A stretch of 64,000 bases of DNA, taken from contig JAVLKG010000005.1 in the NCBI GenBank assembly GCA_032128875.1, positions 1 to 64,000 on the forward strand, written 5' to 3'. The translations under genes and the position numbers were made by a program. Below, one piece after another: positions 37,364 through 47,626 of the stretch (positions are counted from its first letter, which is position 1; the number at the start of each line of letters is the position of its first letter). This DNA is from Candidatus Melainabacteria bacterium 17Bon1m (GTDB lineage: Bacteria; Cyanobacteriota; Vampirovibrionia; Obscuribacterales; Obscuribacteraceae). The notes beneath the pieces were generated by a model that worked only from the letters and a program-made list of their open reading frames with translations, had not been told where the DNA came from and made no database searches.

Positions 37364-39253
37364 ATGCCTCAAAAGACTGTTCAACCACCTATCAACGATA
37401 AAGAGTCCTGGAAGCGGATCGGCAATTGCCTGATGTTCATCATCGGCGCCGCCTGCATTCTCTTCTGGCTCATGAATGGACCGATGCGCCCGGACCCGAC
37501 CAAGGTCCAGAAGGGTCGCACGACCGTCACGGTCGAAGCTCCAGCGGAATCGATTCCGCCCACCGGCTTCGCCGGCTGGATGCTGCACTCCGGTCTTCTC
37601 TACATTGGTGTTCCACTGCTCGGCATTGCCTTCATCAATCAGGTTCGCCGCCGTCGTCGCATCGAAGCGACCGAACGCAAGGAGCACATCGACCGCATCG
37701 AAAACACGCGCATGGCGATGTCACCCATCAATCAGCTGGGTGGACGCCGCAATGCCGCGAAGAAGCAGGACCCTGTCGAGATCGAAGTGAATGGCAAGAA
37801 GGTCAAACTTCCGCCAATGCGCTGCGACGTCGGCACGCTTATCCTGCCCGGTGACCGCCGTTTCAACAATCTGAGCTTCGACAAGGTCATCGGCCAGCAC
37901 GAAGCGAAGGCGGAAATTCAGGAATTCCTGCACTTCCTGCAGCATCCTGAAGCGTACGAATCGATGGAAGCGAAGCTTCCTCGCGGCGTGCTCATGCACG
38001 GCGCCCACGGCGTCGGCAAGACCATGCTCGCTCGTACTCTGGCGTCGCTCTGCGGATTGCCTGTCATCGAAGTTGCCGGCTCTGAGTTCGTCGAAATGTT
38101 CGTGGGCGTCGGCTCGAGCCGCGTTCGCCTGCTGTTCGACGACCTGGACGAGCTGGTGAAAGTCTTCGGTGGCGCCATTCTCTTCATCGACGAATTCGAT
38201 GCGATTGCTCGCGCTCGTGGCAGCTCGCATGGCGGCCAAGAAACCGAGACCACGCTCAACCAGCTGCTCAAGGAAATGGACGGCATCATCGCTCGTCCGC
38301 GCGTCTTCACCTTCGCGGCGACGAACCGCAAGGACATCCTCGACCCGGCTGCGATTCGTCCCGGCCGTTTCGACCGCGATATCCAGTTCTTCAACCCGAC
38401 CCGGCCGGATCGCGAAGCGCTCTTGGGCGTCTACCTGCCCGCGCACCTGCGTGCTCCCGGGCTAGACCTGAAGGTCGCCGCCAAGGCTTGCCCTGGCGCG
38501 TCTGGTGCTCATGTCGCCAACATCGCCAACGAGGCGAAAATTCTTGCCGTTCGCGCCGGACAGAAGACAGTGACGCAGGACATCCTCGACGAGGCGGTTC
38601 TGAAGGTCACGATCGGTGTTCGACGTGACGGTCAGCGTCAGATCCTCACGCCGATGGAACTCGACACGGTCAAGGTGCATGAGAGCGGTCACGCGCTCGT
38701 GTACATGAAGCTGTCCGGTCGTGCCCCGCTGCGCTTCACGATCATCCCTCGCGGTCAATCGGGCGGGCACGTTGCCTACTCGGACGACTACGAGACGCTG
38801 ATCACGAAGGAGCATTTGAAGCTCAGACTTGCCGTTCTCATGGGCGGCGCCGCGTCCACTTTCCTCATCCGCAAGGGTCAGGAAGACTCCGGCGTTTCCA
38901 TGGACATCCAGATGGCGACGGACATTGCCATCCAGATGGTCACCCAGTACGGCATGTCGGAGCTCGGGAAATTCAACCTGGCGTCGATGCAGAAGGCGAA
39001 TCTCGTTTCCGACGAGTTCCGTGCGCGCATCGCCAAGGCTGTGCAGGACCTCGTTGACGAAGGCGAGAAGACTGCTTACCGCGTCATCGAGGAAAATGCA
39101 GACGATCTCCGCCGGCTCATCGACGCTGTTGAAGAGCACGAGACGCTGCTCGAACCCGACATGAAGCGCATCTTCAATATGGACTATCCGGAACAGGCAG
39201 TGGACCCGCTCAAGGTCACGCTCGCCAAGGAAGGAGGCAGCAGCAATGCCTAA
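37364..39253 (+). CDS. ftsH: FtsH-family ATP-dependent zinc metalloprotease (divergent)
   Basis: 2 TMs, Walker A GAHGVGKT, FVG pore motif, Walker B FIDE, RPGRFDR, HESGH. Confidence 0.88.
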   Translation: MPQKTVQPPINDKESWKRIGNCLMFIIGAACILFWLMNGPMRPDPTKVQKGRTTVTVEAPAESIPPTGFAGWMLHSGLLYIGVPLLGIAFINQVRRRRRIEATERKEHIDRIENTRMAMSPINQLGGRRNAAKKQDPVEIEVNGKKVKLPPMRCDVGTLILPGDRRFNNLSFDKVIGQHEAKAEIQEFLHFLQHPEAYESMEAKLPRGVLMHGAHGVGKTMLARTLASLCGLPVIEVAGSEFVEMFVGVGSSRVRLLFDDLDELVKVFGGAILFIDEFDAIARARGSSHGGQETETTLNQLLKEMDGIIARPRVFTFAATNRKDILDPAAIRPGRFDRDIQFFNPTRPDREALLGVYLPAHLRAPGLDLKVAAKACPGASGAHVANIANEAKILAVRAGQKTVTQDILDEAVLKVTIGVRRDGQRQILTPMELDTVKVHESGHALVYMKLSGRAPLRFTIIPRGQSGGHVAYSDDYETLITKEHLKLRLAVLMGGAASTFLIRKGQEDSGVSMDIQMATDIAIQMVTQYGMSELGKFNLASMQKANLVSDEFRARIAKAVQDLVDEGEKTAYRVIEENADDLRRLIDAVEEHETLLEPDMKRIFNMDYPEQAVDPLKVTLAKEGGSSNA

Positions 39254-39554
39254 AGAACCACAAGAACGCTTCCGCTTCCAGAACGGTCCGCGAGACAATG
39301 GCCCGGCAAATCCTCCGCCGTGGCCTGAACTCGTGCAGGTGGGCATGGGCATCGTGCTCATGATTTCCGCCGGCATCATCGGTGTCAACTACGAGTGGAT
39401 TGGCGGTGTCTACATGCGTGGACCCTGCGCTTTCCTCTGCATGGTCGGACTGATGATTTGCATGTGCTTCGTCGGCGATGGCTTCGACAAGGCGCAGGCG
39501 GATGGCGACAACGACCACCCGTACGGCAACGACGACAAGCACGACAACAAGTGA
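39246..39554 (+). CDS. Small two-TM protein overlapping the ftsH-like gene
   Basis: GGAGG SD inside the upstream gene's 3' end; 8-nt overlap. Confidence 0.7.
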   Translation: MPKEPQERFRFQNGPRDNGPANPPPWPELVQVGMGIVLMISAGIIGVNYEWIGGVYMRGPCAFLCMVGLMICMCFVGDGFDKAQADGDNDHPYGNDDKHDNK

Positions 39555-39583
39555 CAGTGAGGCCGTTTGATTGAACTTCGCGA

Positions 39584-39646
39584 CACGACAGGGTGGTGGG
39601 CTTTTCCATCACCCTGTCGTGCTCTTTCCATCTCTTCTTTTTTTTT
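39584..39646 (+). terminator. Intrinsic terminator-like hairpin
   Basis: CACGACAGGGTGGTGG...CCATCACCCTGTCGTG followed by a T-rich tract. Confidence 0.65.
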
Positions 39647-40022
39647 GAGGCACTGTTCTATTATCGGTGGTAGTATTGCTGTTTTTTTTGCGTTGGGCAG
39701 GGGGTATTTTGGTGCCTTGGAAAATGTAATATTTTTCAGATTTTTATTACATTTTCTTGGCAAAACCTTAGGCGCCTGTGCGCCTTCTGGGACTTTTGAA
39801 AATCTCGTTTTTATACGCATCATGCAAAGCGCCGCAGGGTTAGCCTCTTGGACTGCGGAAAATGTAAGATTTTTCTAGAAAAATGTTACATCGTTGTAGC
39901 TTTGAATTGAGCGGGTTGAATGGCTCAGAAATTTATCCTGGTCTTGCTTTTGGGACTTCAGCATTGCTGGCTGTTGCGCCAAAATAAGCCGCACCGTATC
40001 TAAGCTGTCTGTTTGCTTTCTG

Positions 40023-40787
40023 CTAGTTATTGTCGCTGTGGTCTTCTTTGACGAACTTGAAGCGATATTCCAACCATTGGTCCAATTCTTCGTCGAACTT
40101 GCGGATATAGTCGACATCCACAATTCCGCGCCTCAGCGCTTCCAGAACAATGCGTACGCGGCTGTTATAAACTTCCATGCCTGCTGTTTCTTTCAAGTGT
40201 GCGTCGCTGCCTTTGAGTAATTTTTGCGACACTGTGAATATTCGATTTTGAGCGCCGCGAACGCTTATGTGTTGGCGCATTGCAATTGCTTTGTCGGTCA
40301 GTCCCAAGAGCAAATCAATGAGCACTCCGTATTCGCTTTCGTTCAAGCTCTCATCAGGAATTTTGAGTGTTTGTTGAACATTGCGCACGATCGGATCGAT
40401 GTACGGATTGTCTTGCACAAGAACGGAATTGACGGCATAAAGCAGTTTTTCATCGCTCTCAGTCTTGAGGGCGTAACCATGAATTGCTTCGTCTGGAACG
40501 ATTTTTCCAAGTTCGCGTACAAAAGACTCGCGGTGAAACTGAGACCAGAAAAGTATTTTTGTGCGCGGGTCTGTCTCCCAGATACGCTGAGCTGCTTCGA
40601 TGCCGGTGAGCTCAGGCATGACGATATCCATGACCGTCATGTCCGGGCGATGCTGTTCGAATTTGGTGACGCCTTCCAGACCGTTGGTGGCTTCTATTAT
40701 TTCAACGGTATCGACTGCTTGTTTGATAATCGAAGTCACATGCTGTCTTAGTGCAAGAACATCGTCGACGATGAGGACTTTGTACAT
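40023..40787 (-). CDS. NarL/LuxR-type response regulator
   Basis: VLIVDD, MDIVMP, ALK receiver motifs; LuxR-like HTH (GLTDKAIA). Confidence 0.9.
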   Translation of the reverse strand: MYKVLIVDDVLALRQHVTSIIKQAVDTVEIIEATNGLEGVTKFEQHRPDMTVMDIVMPELTGIEAAQRIWETDPRTKILFWSQFHRESFVRELGKIVPDEAIHGYALKTESDEKLLYAVNSVLVQDNPYIDPIVRNVQQTLKIPDESLNESEYGVLIDLLLGLTDKAIAMRQHISVRGAQNRIFTVSQKLLKGSDAHLKETAGMEVYNSRVRIVLEALRRGIVDVDYIRKFDEELDQWLEYRFKFVKEDHSDNN

Positions 40788-41109
40788 TCGAGACCTGCGA
40801 GTGGAGAGCGTGGCTGGATATTATCATCTTGAATAAGCGGGTTAGATTATTGATGAGGCAATGCAAGCGTATTTCATTCATTCAATTAGACAAGTCTACT
40901 TCAAGTTGGGTTTTTAAAAGAAATCGGGTTGAGGACAGGAAGTTGAAAACCGGAGAGGAGAAAAGCATTGCGCTTCTCTCCTCTTCAAGTCGAATCACAT
41001 TTTGAAGTGCCTCTCAGAGCCTGCGCTCCGTAAGTCCTTCAGAAGGCGACCATTGTTACGTGCGGCAGCGTTGCTTTAGCAGCTTAATTCGGCTGGTTAG
41101 GCTGGTCAG

Positions 41110-41514
41110 TCAGTACGCTTCGCCGAGCAACGGGGGGTGCTCGATGAGTTCGATGGGCGTGATCTCGACGGCGCAGTCCACCGAATCCTCGTCGATGCTG
41201 ATGGGCACCATCAGAGGAGTGACGCAGTCGCCGGGACGATAGTCCTTGAATGCGTCAGCCATGACGTAGGGATCGCGTTTTACCTGGACGTGCGTCATCA
41301 CACCATAGGATTCGACAGGTGGGATGTTGTCGAAATTGGCGGTGACGCGACCGCTGCAATCGCTCATGAAGACATCATAGGTGTCGAGCTTTGTGAAGGG
41401 GGCGGCGCCGGGTGACGTGTCGAACAGCACCACGCGAACGCATGCGGGCTGGGTTTCGAAGGTTTTCGGCAAGAGGACGGAGACTTCGAAAGATTTGGTA
41501 CGCTGGGCTTGCAT
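41110..41514 (-). CDS. Hypothetical protein (weak DUF2141-like pattern)
   Basis: GGAG SD before ATG 41514; VRVVLFD...ANFDNIPP..YGV. Confidence 0.6.
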   Translation of the reverse strand: MQAQRTKSFEVSVLLPKTFETQPACVRVVLFDTSPGAAPFTKLDTYDVFMSDCSGRVTANFDNIPPVESYGVMTHVQVKRDPYVMADAFKDYRPGDCVTPLMVPISIDEDSVDCAVEITPIELIEHPPLLGEAY

Positions 41515-41920
41515 TGTTAACTCCGTGATTCGAGTGCAAGGGGCGCGGCGCGAATGCGCTGCGCTTAGAGAAATGCCTCGCCGATTCAAGCCAGAAATCG
41601 TATTTGCATGTAGAAGCGTGTGAGCGTGCGCTCACGGAAAATATGCTTCAAATCGAAATGCAAGGGTTACTTAAAGGGCTTCGATTCTGGATGGAAAAGG
41701 AAAAGGACACTTTATTCGTAGCAGTGTGGCGCGCCAAACGCATTTCAAATTTTGTTGCGCGTTGCAGCGTAGATTTGTTTACATGCACAAACGCCCACGT
41801 GCCGGACTTCTGCAAACATGTGAGGAAATACATCTGACGCTAGCGATTAGCAAAGGCGCGATAGCTTTGACGGCGCTCACGCTACGGGCCGCGCCGCTCA
41901 CCCTTTCGACCACGCCCCTG

Positions 41921-44900
41921 TCACACAGACTCTTCCGGTTTGGCTATCTCTGCACGAGTTTCTTGCACTTGCGTAATCGTGTCGATGGTACTTTGCACCA
42001 TTTCCATTTGTGGAACGAGAAGCGGCAGCGAAACAGCAGCTGCAATCGATGCAAACTGCGGAGCAGTCATACCGAAAGGAGCGACTCGCGCCGGCTTTGG
42101 TTGGTTGACCAAGTCGAGATGAGGAAGAGTCGCAATTGCCGGAATCGGCATGGCGTTTTGAGTGTTGGTCTGCAGCGTTCCGAGAAACTTTTTGAAGGTC
42201 GCTTCCTTCAGCTCTATGTCCAGTTGGCTAGCTGTGACGATGGTAATGATATTTTCGGCATCTTGGTGACGCATCCGATAGTGCCGGAACTCCTCGATGT
42301 CGGTTGCCACCGGCAGCTCAATGCGCTGGCGAGCCTGGATTTCGATGACACGCTTGCCTTCAACGATGCTGTCTGAAAACTTGCCTGCATTGAGGTCCGC
42401 AATCAGCCATGCCAGCGCTCCATCTCCGAAGTGTTCTTCTGCGATTGAGACAAATGTTTCGCCTGGTGCGATGATCCAAATTGGGCGGTATAGAGGCTTG
42501 GAAGAATTGGCACCTCCACCGGATTGCTGTTCTTGCTCGGACTTGTTGAGCACTTGCTCCGAGTGTTCTGCCGCACCATGTCGAACAGATTCGCTTTGCG
42601 CCTCCCCGCCTTTGCCTGTTTTGGCAGTTGCCGAAGTGTCTTGAACTGGAGGCGCCACGACAGGTTTGCCACCACGTTTTGTTTGCGCGCTGTCAGCAGA
42701 ACCAGTTCCGTGGTTTTGGCTTTCGCTTGTTCTTTCCGGCATTCTCCTTGCTGCTCCAGCGGCAATAATCAAACTTGCAAGAAGGAATTCCCCACCAACG
42801 TAGCGGTCTTCATTGGACTTCACTGCGCCAGACATCAGCTGTTCGAACGAGCGAGAAATGTCGCTCTTGCCCTCTTTGACATTGTTTATCAGGGCTGCAA
42901 TTTGCGTTGGTGCTACTGTTTTCTTTTCACCAACCAACACTTCTGAACCGGTATTCGATGACTTTCCAGTGACGCCCCTGAGGTCAACATTGAACGCTTT
43001 GATGTCGCCACTGATAACGTGTGCCGTGCCCATTTTTGTGCCGCGTTCGATTGTGTGTGGCGTAGCAATGCCGTCAGTGTTGGCTTTGATAATCGAGGAT
43101 AGCGTGCGGCGATCTGCGATCTGCGATCGGCGCTCTGCGATGGTCGCTCCGTCTGTTGTTCTTTGATCGCTCACTGATAAAGCGTCAGCAGTTTTGCGGT
43201 CGGTCAATACAGGCGATTCTCCGGAAAATGCGCGGGTTGTTATAGTTTTCTCTTGCGGCTTAAGCGCTGCGACGAGTTCTTGTGGTGCCTTTCCGGTTAG
43301 CGGTGAGATACCAGCTTGAATGCCGGTTTCCTTCGGTTGAAGAACGCGGTCAGTTGGTTGAAGAACGTGAGCGGCCGGTTGAAGAACGCGATCGGCCGGT
43401 TGAAGAGCGTGAGCGACCGGTTGAAGAACACGATCGCCCGGTTGAAGAACGCGATCAATCGGTTGAAGTACTCGATCAGTCGGTTGAAGAACGCGTTCTT
43501 TCGGTTGCAAGCCGTTTTCCAGCCCTGGCTGTTGCGGAACTGCTTTCACTGGCACAGTCTGTTCGTTTTGCCTGACGCTGTTGGCGGTAATTTCTCCTTT
43601 CAGTTTGATCCCCTGTTGCGCATCTTGTGGTTTGAAGGTCTGCGTGACTTGATTCTCTTGCACTCTTGCTTTTGCAGTGATTGAGATTCTGTCCGCTTGT
43701 GCGCGAAGAACGGCATCCGGAGTGAATTTTTCCGTTTGTGCTAATTGAAGTGTGGTCTTGGTAAATTTGGCGGGTAGTTCGGCGAGCGGCGTGGTTTCTG
43801 CAATTATCTTTCTGCCTGAATTTGGCTGTCCGAGATCTCTGGGTGCAAGGCCTGATTGCACACCATTTTCGGCGCCCTGTATGACTCGCCTGCTTTGAGC
43901 CGGCTGCGCGATTTGCTCTCCACTCTTTGTGAGTGTGGAAAAACTTGTGCCACCGTTTGTAGTGGCAATGCTGGTGACGTCTTGTTTTCGAGTCCAGTTT
44001 TGGTCTTGGCTGGGAGTGATGCGATTTGCAGTTTCTTTCGCTGGCAATACCGGCTCTGCCTTCATCAAACTGCTTTGCGGCACTTCACGCAAACTGGTTA
44101 TGACCGACTCAGCATCAGCGTTTTGAAACTGCTGGGGCTGCTGAATCTGTTTGTTGTAGACTGGGACTTGCTGCTGAATTTCTTGTGCTGTTCTCGATTG
44201 TTCAACAACAAAACCTTTCTGAAGTTCAAAAGGCGTTTGGCTTCCCATTCCGCCAACTTTCGAGAACGTGTCCTTTGTCGAACCGCCCGAGCCTTGGCTT
44301 TCGTGGGGCTGTATGCTCATTTTGTCGAGCGGTGCCAATGTCCTTTCGCTGAGCGGTGCCAATGTCCTTTCGCCGAGCGGTGCCAATGTTCTTTCGCTCC
44401 CACCTTGTGTCGGAACTGGACTGCCTACAAGAGTGCGTTCCTGGTTGAGCGCAAGACCACTTTCTGCTTTCTGCAGTGTCTTCAGTTTTTCTGCTGAAGC
44501 TATTGGAAAGCCTAGTTGTGACTCGGTGTTTGAGGGGCGCCCGACAAATGCGGTGGGCAAAAATGCCCCGCTTTGCCCCTCGCTTGGAATTACCCTTTTC
44601 GCGGATGCTGAAGTCTCTTCACCCTTGCTCTGTTTGAGCGCTGAGACTTTGAGTTCTCCATCTGCTGACTCTTCCACCGAAGAGCGAGCCACGGAGCTTC
44701 CTCCGGTACGCTTGGATAACGTGTACTCGAACTTCTTCTCGCCTGTCTCAACGGCTGGTTCCGACCCTTTGACGGCGTATTGCACTGGCTCATAGCCTCC
44801 GCCGAATTCTTCTTTTTTCTTCTCCGCTTTTAGCAGATCGAGCGGCTGCCACGGAGATTCTTGAGATGCGGAAGACACTGACCCATCGGAAAGAGCCTTT

Positions 44901-45049
44901 TTATTGCTTTTAAAACTAGTAAATTCGGCGCCATCACTGGCTGCCGGGTCTTCAAAGCCCATTCTTTTCTGGTTCTTTGGGGAAAAACGAGTGGTTGGAA
45001 GTGCACTCTTGTCCAGTGTATATCCGTAATTCTTGATTTCAAGACGCAA
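41921..45049 (-). CDS. Large low-complexity protein with C-terminal LysM-like domain
   Basis: Gln/Ser/Thr-rich; IAPGETFVSIAEEHFGDGALAWLIADLN; start codon uncertain. Confidence 0.8.
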   Translation of the reverse strand: MRLEIKNYGYTLDKSALPTTRFSPKNQKRMGFEDPAASDGAEFTSFKSNKKALSDGSVSSASQESPWQPLDLLKAEKKKEEFGGGYEPVQYAVKGSEPAVETGEKKFEYTLSKRTGGSSVARSSVEESADGELKVSALKQSKGEETSASAKRVIPSEGQSGAFLPTAFVGRPSNTESQLGFPIASAEKLKTLQKAESGLALNQERTLVGSPVPTQGGSERTLAPLGERTLAPLSERTLAPLDKMSIQPHESQGSGGSTKDTFSKVGGMGSQTPFELQKGFVVEQSRTAQEIQQQVPVYNKQIQQPQQFQNADAESVITSLREVPQSSLMKAEPVLPAKETANRITPSQDQNWTRKQDVTSIATTNGGTSFSTLTKSGEQIAQPAQSRRVIQGAENGVQSGLAPRDLGQPNSGRKIIAETTPLAELPAKFTKTTLQLAQTEKFTPDAVLRAQADRISITAKARVQENQVTQTFKPQDAQQGIKLKGEITANSVRQNEQTVPVKAVPQQPGLENGLQPKERVLQPTDRVLQPIDRVLQPGDRVLQPVAHALQPADRVLQPAAHVLQPTDRVLQPKETGIQAGISPLTGKAPQELVAALKPQEKTITTRAFSGESPVLTDRKTADALSVSDQRTTDGATIAERRSQIADRRTLSSIIKANTDGIATPHTIERGTKMGTAHVISGDIKAFNVDLRGVTGKSSNTGSEVLVGEKKTVAPTQIAALINNVKEGKSDISRSFEQLMSGAVKSNEDRYVGGEFLLASLIIAAGAARRMPERTSESQNHGTGSADSAQTKRGGKPVVAPPVQDTSATAKTGKGGEAQSESVRHGAAEHSEQVLNKSEQEQQSGGGANSSKPLYRPIWIIAPGETFVSIAEEHFGDGALAWLIADLNAGKFSDSIVEGKRVIEIQARQRIELPVATDIEEFRHYRMRHQDAENIITIVTASQLDIELKEATFKKFLGTLQTNTQNAMPIPAIATLPHLDLVNQPKPARVAPFGMTAPQFASIAAAVSLPLLVPQMEMVQSTIDTITQVQETRAEIAKPEESV
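43332..43510 (-). repeat. In-frame 21-bp tandem repeat (LQPxDRV-type, about 8-9 units)
   Basis: GGTTGAAGAACGCG... recurring with period 21. Confidence 0.9.
44327..44397 (-). repeat. In-frame 24-bp tandem repeat (ERTLAPLx, 3 units)
   Basis: GAGCGGTGCCAATGTCCTTTCGC recurring with period 24. Confidence 0.85.
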
Positions 45050-45094
45050 ATGCGCAAAAAACTTTGCCTGAAAGATTAATTCATGACAACTGTC

Positions 45095-46243
45095 TTAAGC
45101 GTTCACGGGCGCGAGAGGATGGCGAATTTCAACAACAGTGCCTTTGCCTGTTTGAGGATCCGGTGACAGCCATGAAACTGCGGCGCCAATGAGCCCGGCT
45201 CGAAGTCTCATATAACGCAGTCCACGGGAGTCGGCCAGCCTTTCGGGAGGAATTCCTTCGCCGTCATCTTTGATGCGAATAAGTAAGTGCGCCGGTTCGC
45301 TTTCAATGAAAATGCCAACGCGCTTGGCTTTTGAGTGTTTGCATGTGTTGGTTATCGACTCTTGAATCAGTCTGTACAACAGTTGCTGCTCCACTTGCGA
45401 TAAACCTTTTAGGATTTTCGCCTCAGCTTTGTTCTCAAAATCGATCATGTAACCGCCGCGCTGTCCGCCGCGCTCCAAGCATTCCTCAGCTGCTGATGCT
45501 AAACCAAAGTGTTCTAAGACGACCGGTGATAGCGCGTCCATGATGTTTCGGATTTCCACCATCGAGCTGTCAACCCCTTTCAAGATTTCCTTAGTCAGCT
45601 CGCTTTCCCCGGTTTTTCCAAACTTGTCGATATTAGTTTTCAGCGCTTTGAGATCATTCAAAACCTGGTCGTGAAGGTCGGCAGCCAGCAATCGACGTTC
45701 GGTTTCGTCTTGTTTCACCAAAGTCATTCGCGACTCGAGAAGCTCCTGCTCGCGCAGTTTTAGCTCAATAAATTGCGCCTCGCTTGTGCGTCGTCTTTCT
45801 TCCAGCAGTTTCAAAACCCAGCCCGACAAAGTTCCTAAAACCGCCGAGGTCACGAGCATGGCCGGCTTGATCGAGATTGGCAGGAAAAAACACAAGACAC
45901 TTGCAACAACCAATAAGAGCAGACAGATTTGAAACAGAACGATGGCGCGCACGAGACCCTTTAAGGCATAACTTGTTGCTACCGCGCCGAAGGCTGCGAC
46001 GAAAGAAAGGCAAAACATAAAAAGCTCGGACGCGCCATCGGGGCCGGAATGTTCGGTGACGCCTCCAAAGAAATTGAGGGAGTTGTGCAACGCGGTTGCC
46101 AGTTCCAGTGACAACTTGCTCTCGTCAATGCCGATGCCACCGGTCAAAAGACGCGCGAGGGTTACAGAAGCAAAAGACGCGCCAGCCATTTCGAAAAGGC
46201 GCTTTTGCCGTGGATTGCTTGATAGGGTGTGCGATTGCGTCAT
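45095..46243 (-). CDS. Membrane sensor histidine kinase (HisKA_3/NarX type)
   Basis: TMs; ERRLLAADLHD; QESITN..KHS; DDGEG; RGL..MR.RA. Confidence 0.9.
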   Translation of the reverse strand: MTQSHTLSSNPRQKRLFEMAGASFASVTLARLLTGGIGIDESKLSLELATALHNSLNFFGGVTEHSGPDGASELFMFCLSFVAAFGAVATSYALKGLVRAIVLFQICLLLLVVASVLCFFLPISIKPAMLVTSAVLGTLSGWVLKLLEERRRTSEAQFIELKLREQELLESRMTLVKQDETERRLLAADLHDQVLNDLKALKTNIDKFGKTGESELTKEILKGVDSSMVEIRNIMDALSPVVLEHFGLASAAEECLERGGQRGGYMIDFENKAEAKILKGLSQVEQQLLYRLIQESITNTCKHSKAKRVGIFIESEPAHLLIRIKDDGEGIPPERLADSRGLRYMRLRAGLIGAAVSWLSPDPQTGKGTVVEIRHPLAPVNA

Positions 46244-46341
46244 CGGAGCTTTGGTTCCCCAATTTTATCTCAATTTTGCGTGGGAACTTGAACGCTTTGC
46301 AGCGGTCGGAACTGAAAACGAGGGAGGAATCTGAGGTAGCT

Positions 46342-46539
46342 ATGAAGAACCAGCAAGACGAAAAACGGCAGAAAGATAAACAGAATAAGCAAACCAATCA
46401 AAGCGCTGAAGAGTGTGATTATCTGCATCCGGAAGAATGCGAAAAGCATCCGCAAAACGATCTCGATGAGACGAAAAAGGCAGTGCAGGAAATTGCCGAC
46501 GATTTCATCAAAGAAGAGAACGAAAGCAAAGAGCGCTAA
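46342..46539 (+). CDS. Small charged hypothetical protein (65 aa)
   Basis: GAGGT SD before ATG 46342. Confidence 0.55.
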   Translation: MKNQQDEKRQKDKQNKQTNQSAEECDYLHPEECEKHPQNDLDETKKAVQEIADDFIKEENESKER

Positions 46540-46669
46540 CGAAGTAAACAGAAAAATCTCCAAGTTATCGGCAAATCACTGAAAGCTGCACCAAGCTTTC
46601 AGTTTTTTTGCGTGTTAAAAAGAGAAATTGGGCACATCATGATCGAGGTCTCTAATAGAAGGAGTTGCG

Positions 46670-47626
46670 GTGGTTTCGCAGCGAAATAATTGGCGCAATG
46701 GCGAACGTCCTGCAGGTTTTGCAAAATGTCGTTCTGCCTTTTCTGCAAAGATACAAATTCTTATTGCACTCTTGCTGGTTTGTTCGCCGAGTGCTCTTGC
46801 TGCCACTTCTGAAGAACAGTCATTCGTCAAAGATGTGCGTCAGGCGATGGTCTCCGACAACTGGCAAGAATGCGACGCGCTGTCCGAATTATTTTTACGA
46901 AAGCATAAGACGAATGGGTTGGCCAATGCGGTCAAGGGATACACGCTTGTTCAGTTGGGCAGCGACAAAAAGGCATTGCCATATTTTGATGCGGCGATAA
47001 AAAATGGAGTTTCGGCATTGCCTGCTTCTGTTGCGGAGGCGCACGCGAACAACATTTGGTCATTGCGAGGCTATGCGCTCATGCGCAGTGGAAAGTTTGC
47101 AGAGGGTATTAAGGACCTCGAAAAGTCGCTTGAAATCAGACCTCTCACTTGCCTCGATATACTCAATCAGCGCATCGATTGCATAAATATTGGCACCGCA
47201 TACAAGAAAATGAATAACGCGCAAAAGTCTGTCAGTTACATAAACGCCGGCGATCTGATGCTGAAGCAATATCGAAATGTTTTCTCTCCAAATTTGAAAA
47301 CACCGGCAGAAGCTAAATACAACGCAAACAAACTTTTGCCGGAAATGAAGCGCGATCCGAAGTCCAACATCCTTGTCTGCAAGTACGCGGCGCATCAGCG
47401 TTATTTGAAAAATTGGAATGAGTCATTGAAGTATCTCGATAAAGCAATCGCTGCCGAGCCTTATTTGATGCAGGCTCGTCTCATGAGAGCTGAGAGTTTG
47501 AAACGGCTAAAGCGTGGCGCTGAGGCCAAGAAAGATATCGACGCCATAATGCAAACGCGCTCGAAAGCGGGCACGAACGTATGGGCGATAAATCAAAGCG
47601 AATTGAATGAGGTTCTCAAACTCTAG
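46670..47626 (+). CDS. Secreted TPR protein
   Basis: TPR repeats; paralog of the next gene; start codon uncertain. Confidence 0.82.
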   Translation: MVSQRNNWRNGERPAGFAKCRSAFSAKIQILIALLLVCSPSALAATSEEQSFVKDVRQAMVSDNWQECDALSELFLRKHKTNGLANAVKGYTLVQLGSDKKALPYFDAAIKNGVSALPASVAEAHANNIWSLRGYALMRSGKFAEGIKDLEKSLEIRPLTCLDILNQRIDCINIGTAYKKMNNAQKSVSYINAGDLMLKQYRNVFSPNLKTPAEAKYNANKLLPEMKRDPKSNILVCKYAAHQRYLKNWNESLKYLDKAIAAEPYLMQARLMRAESLKRLKRGAEAKKDIDAIMQTRSKAGTNVWAINQSELNEVLKL

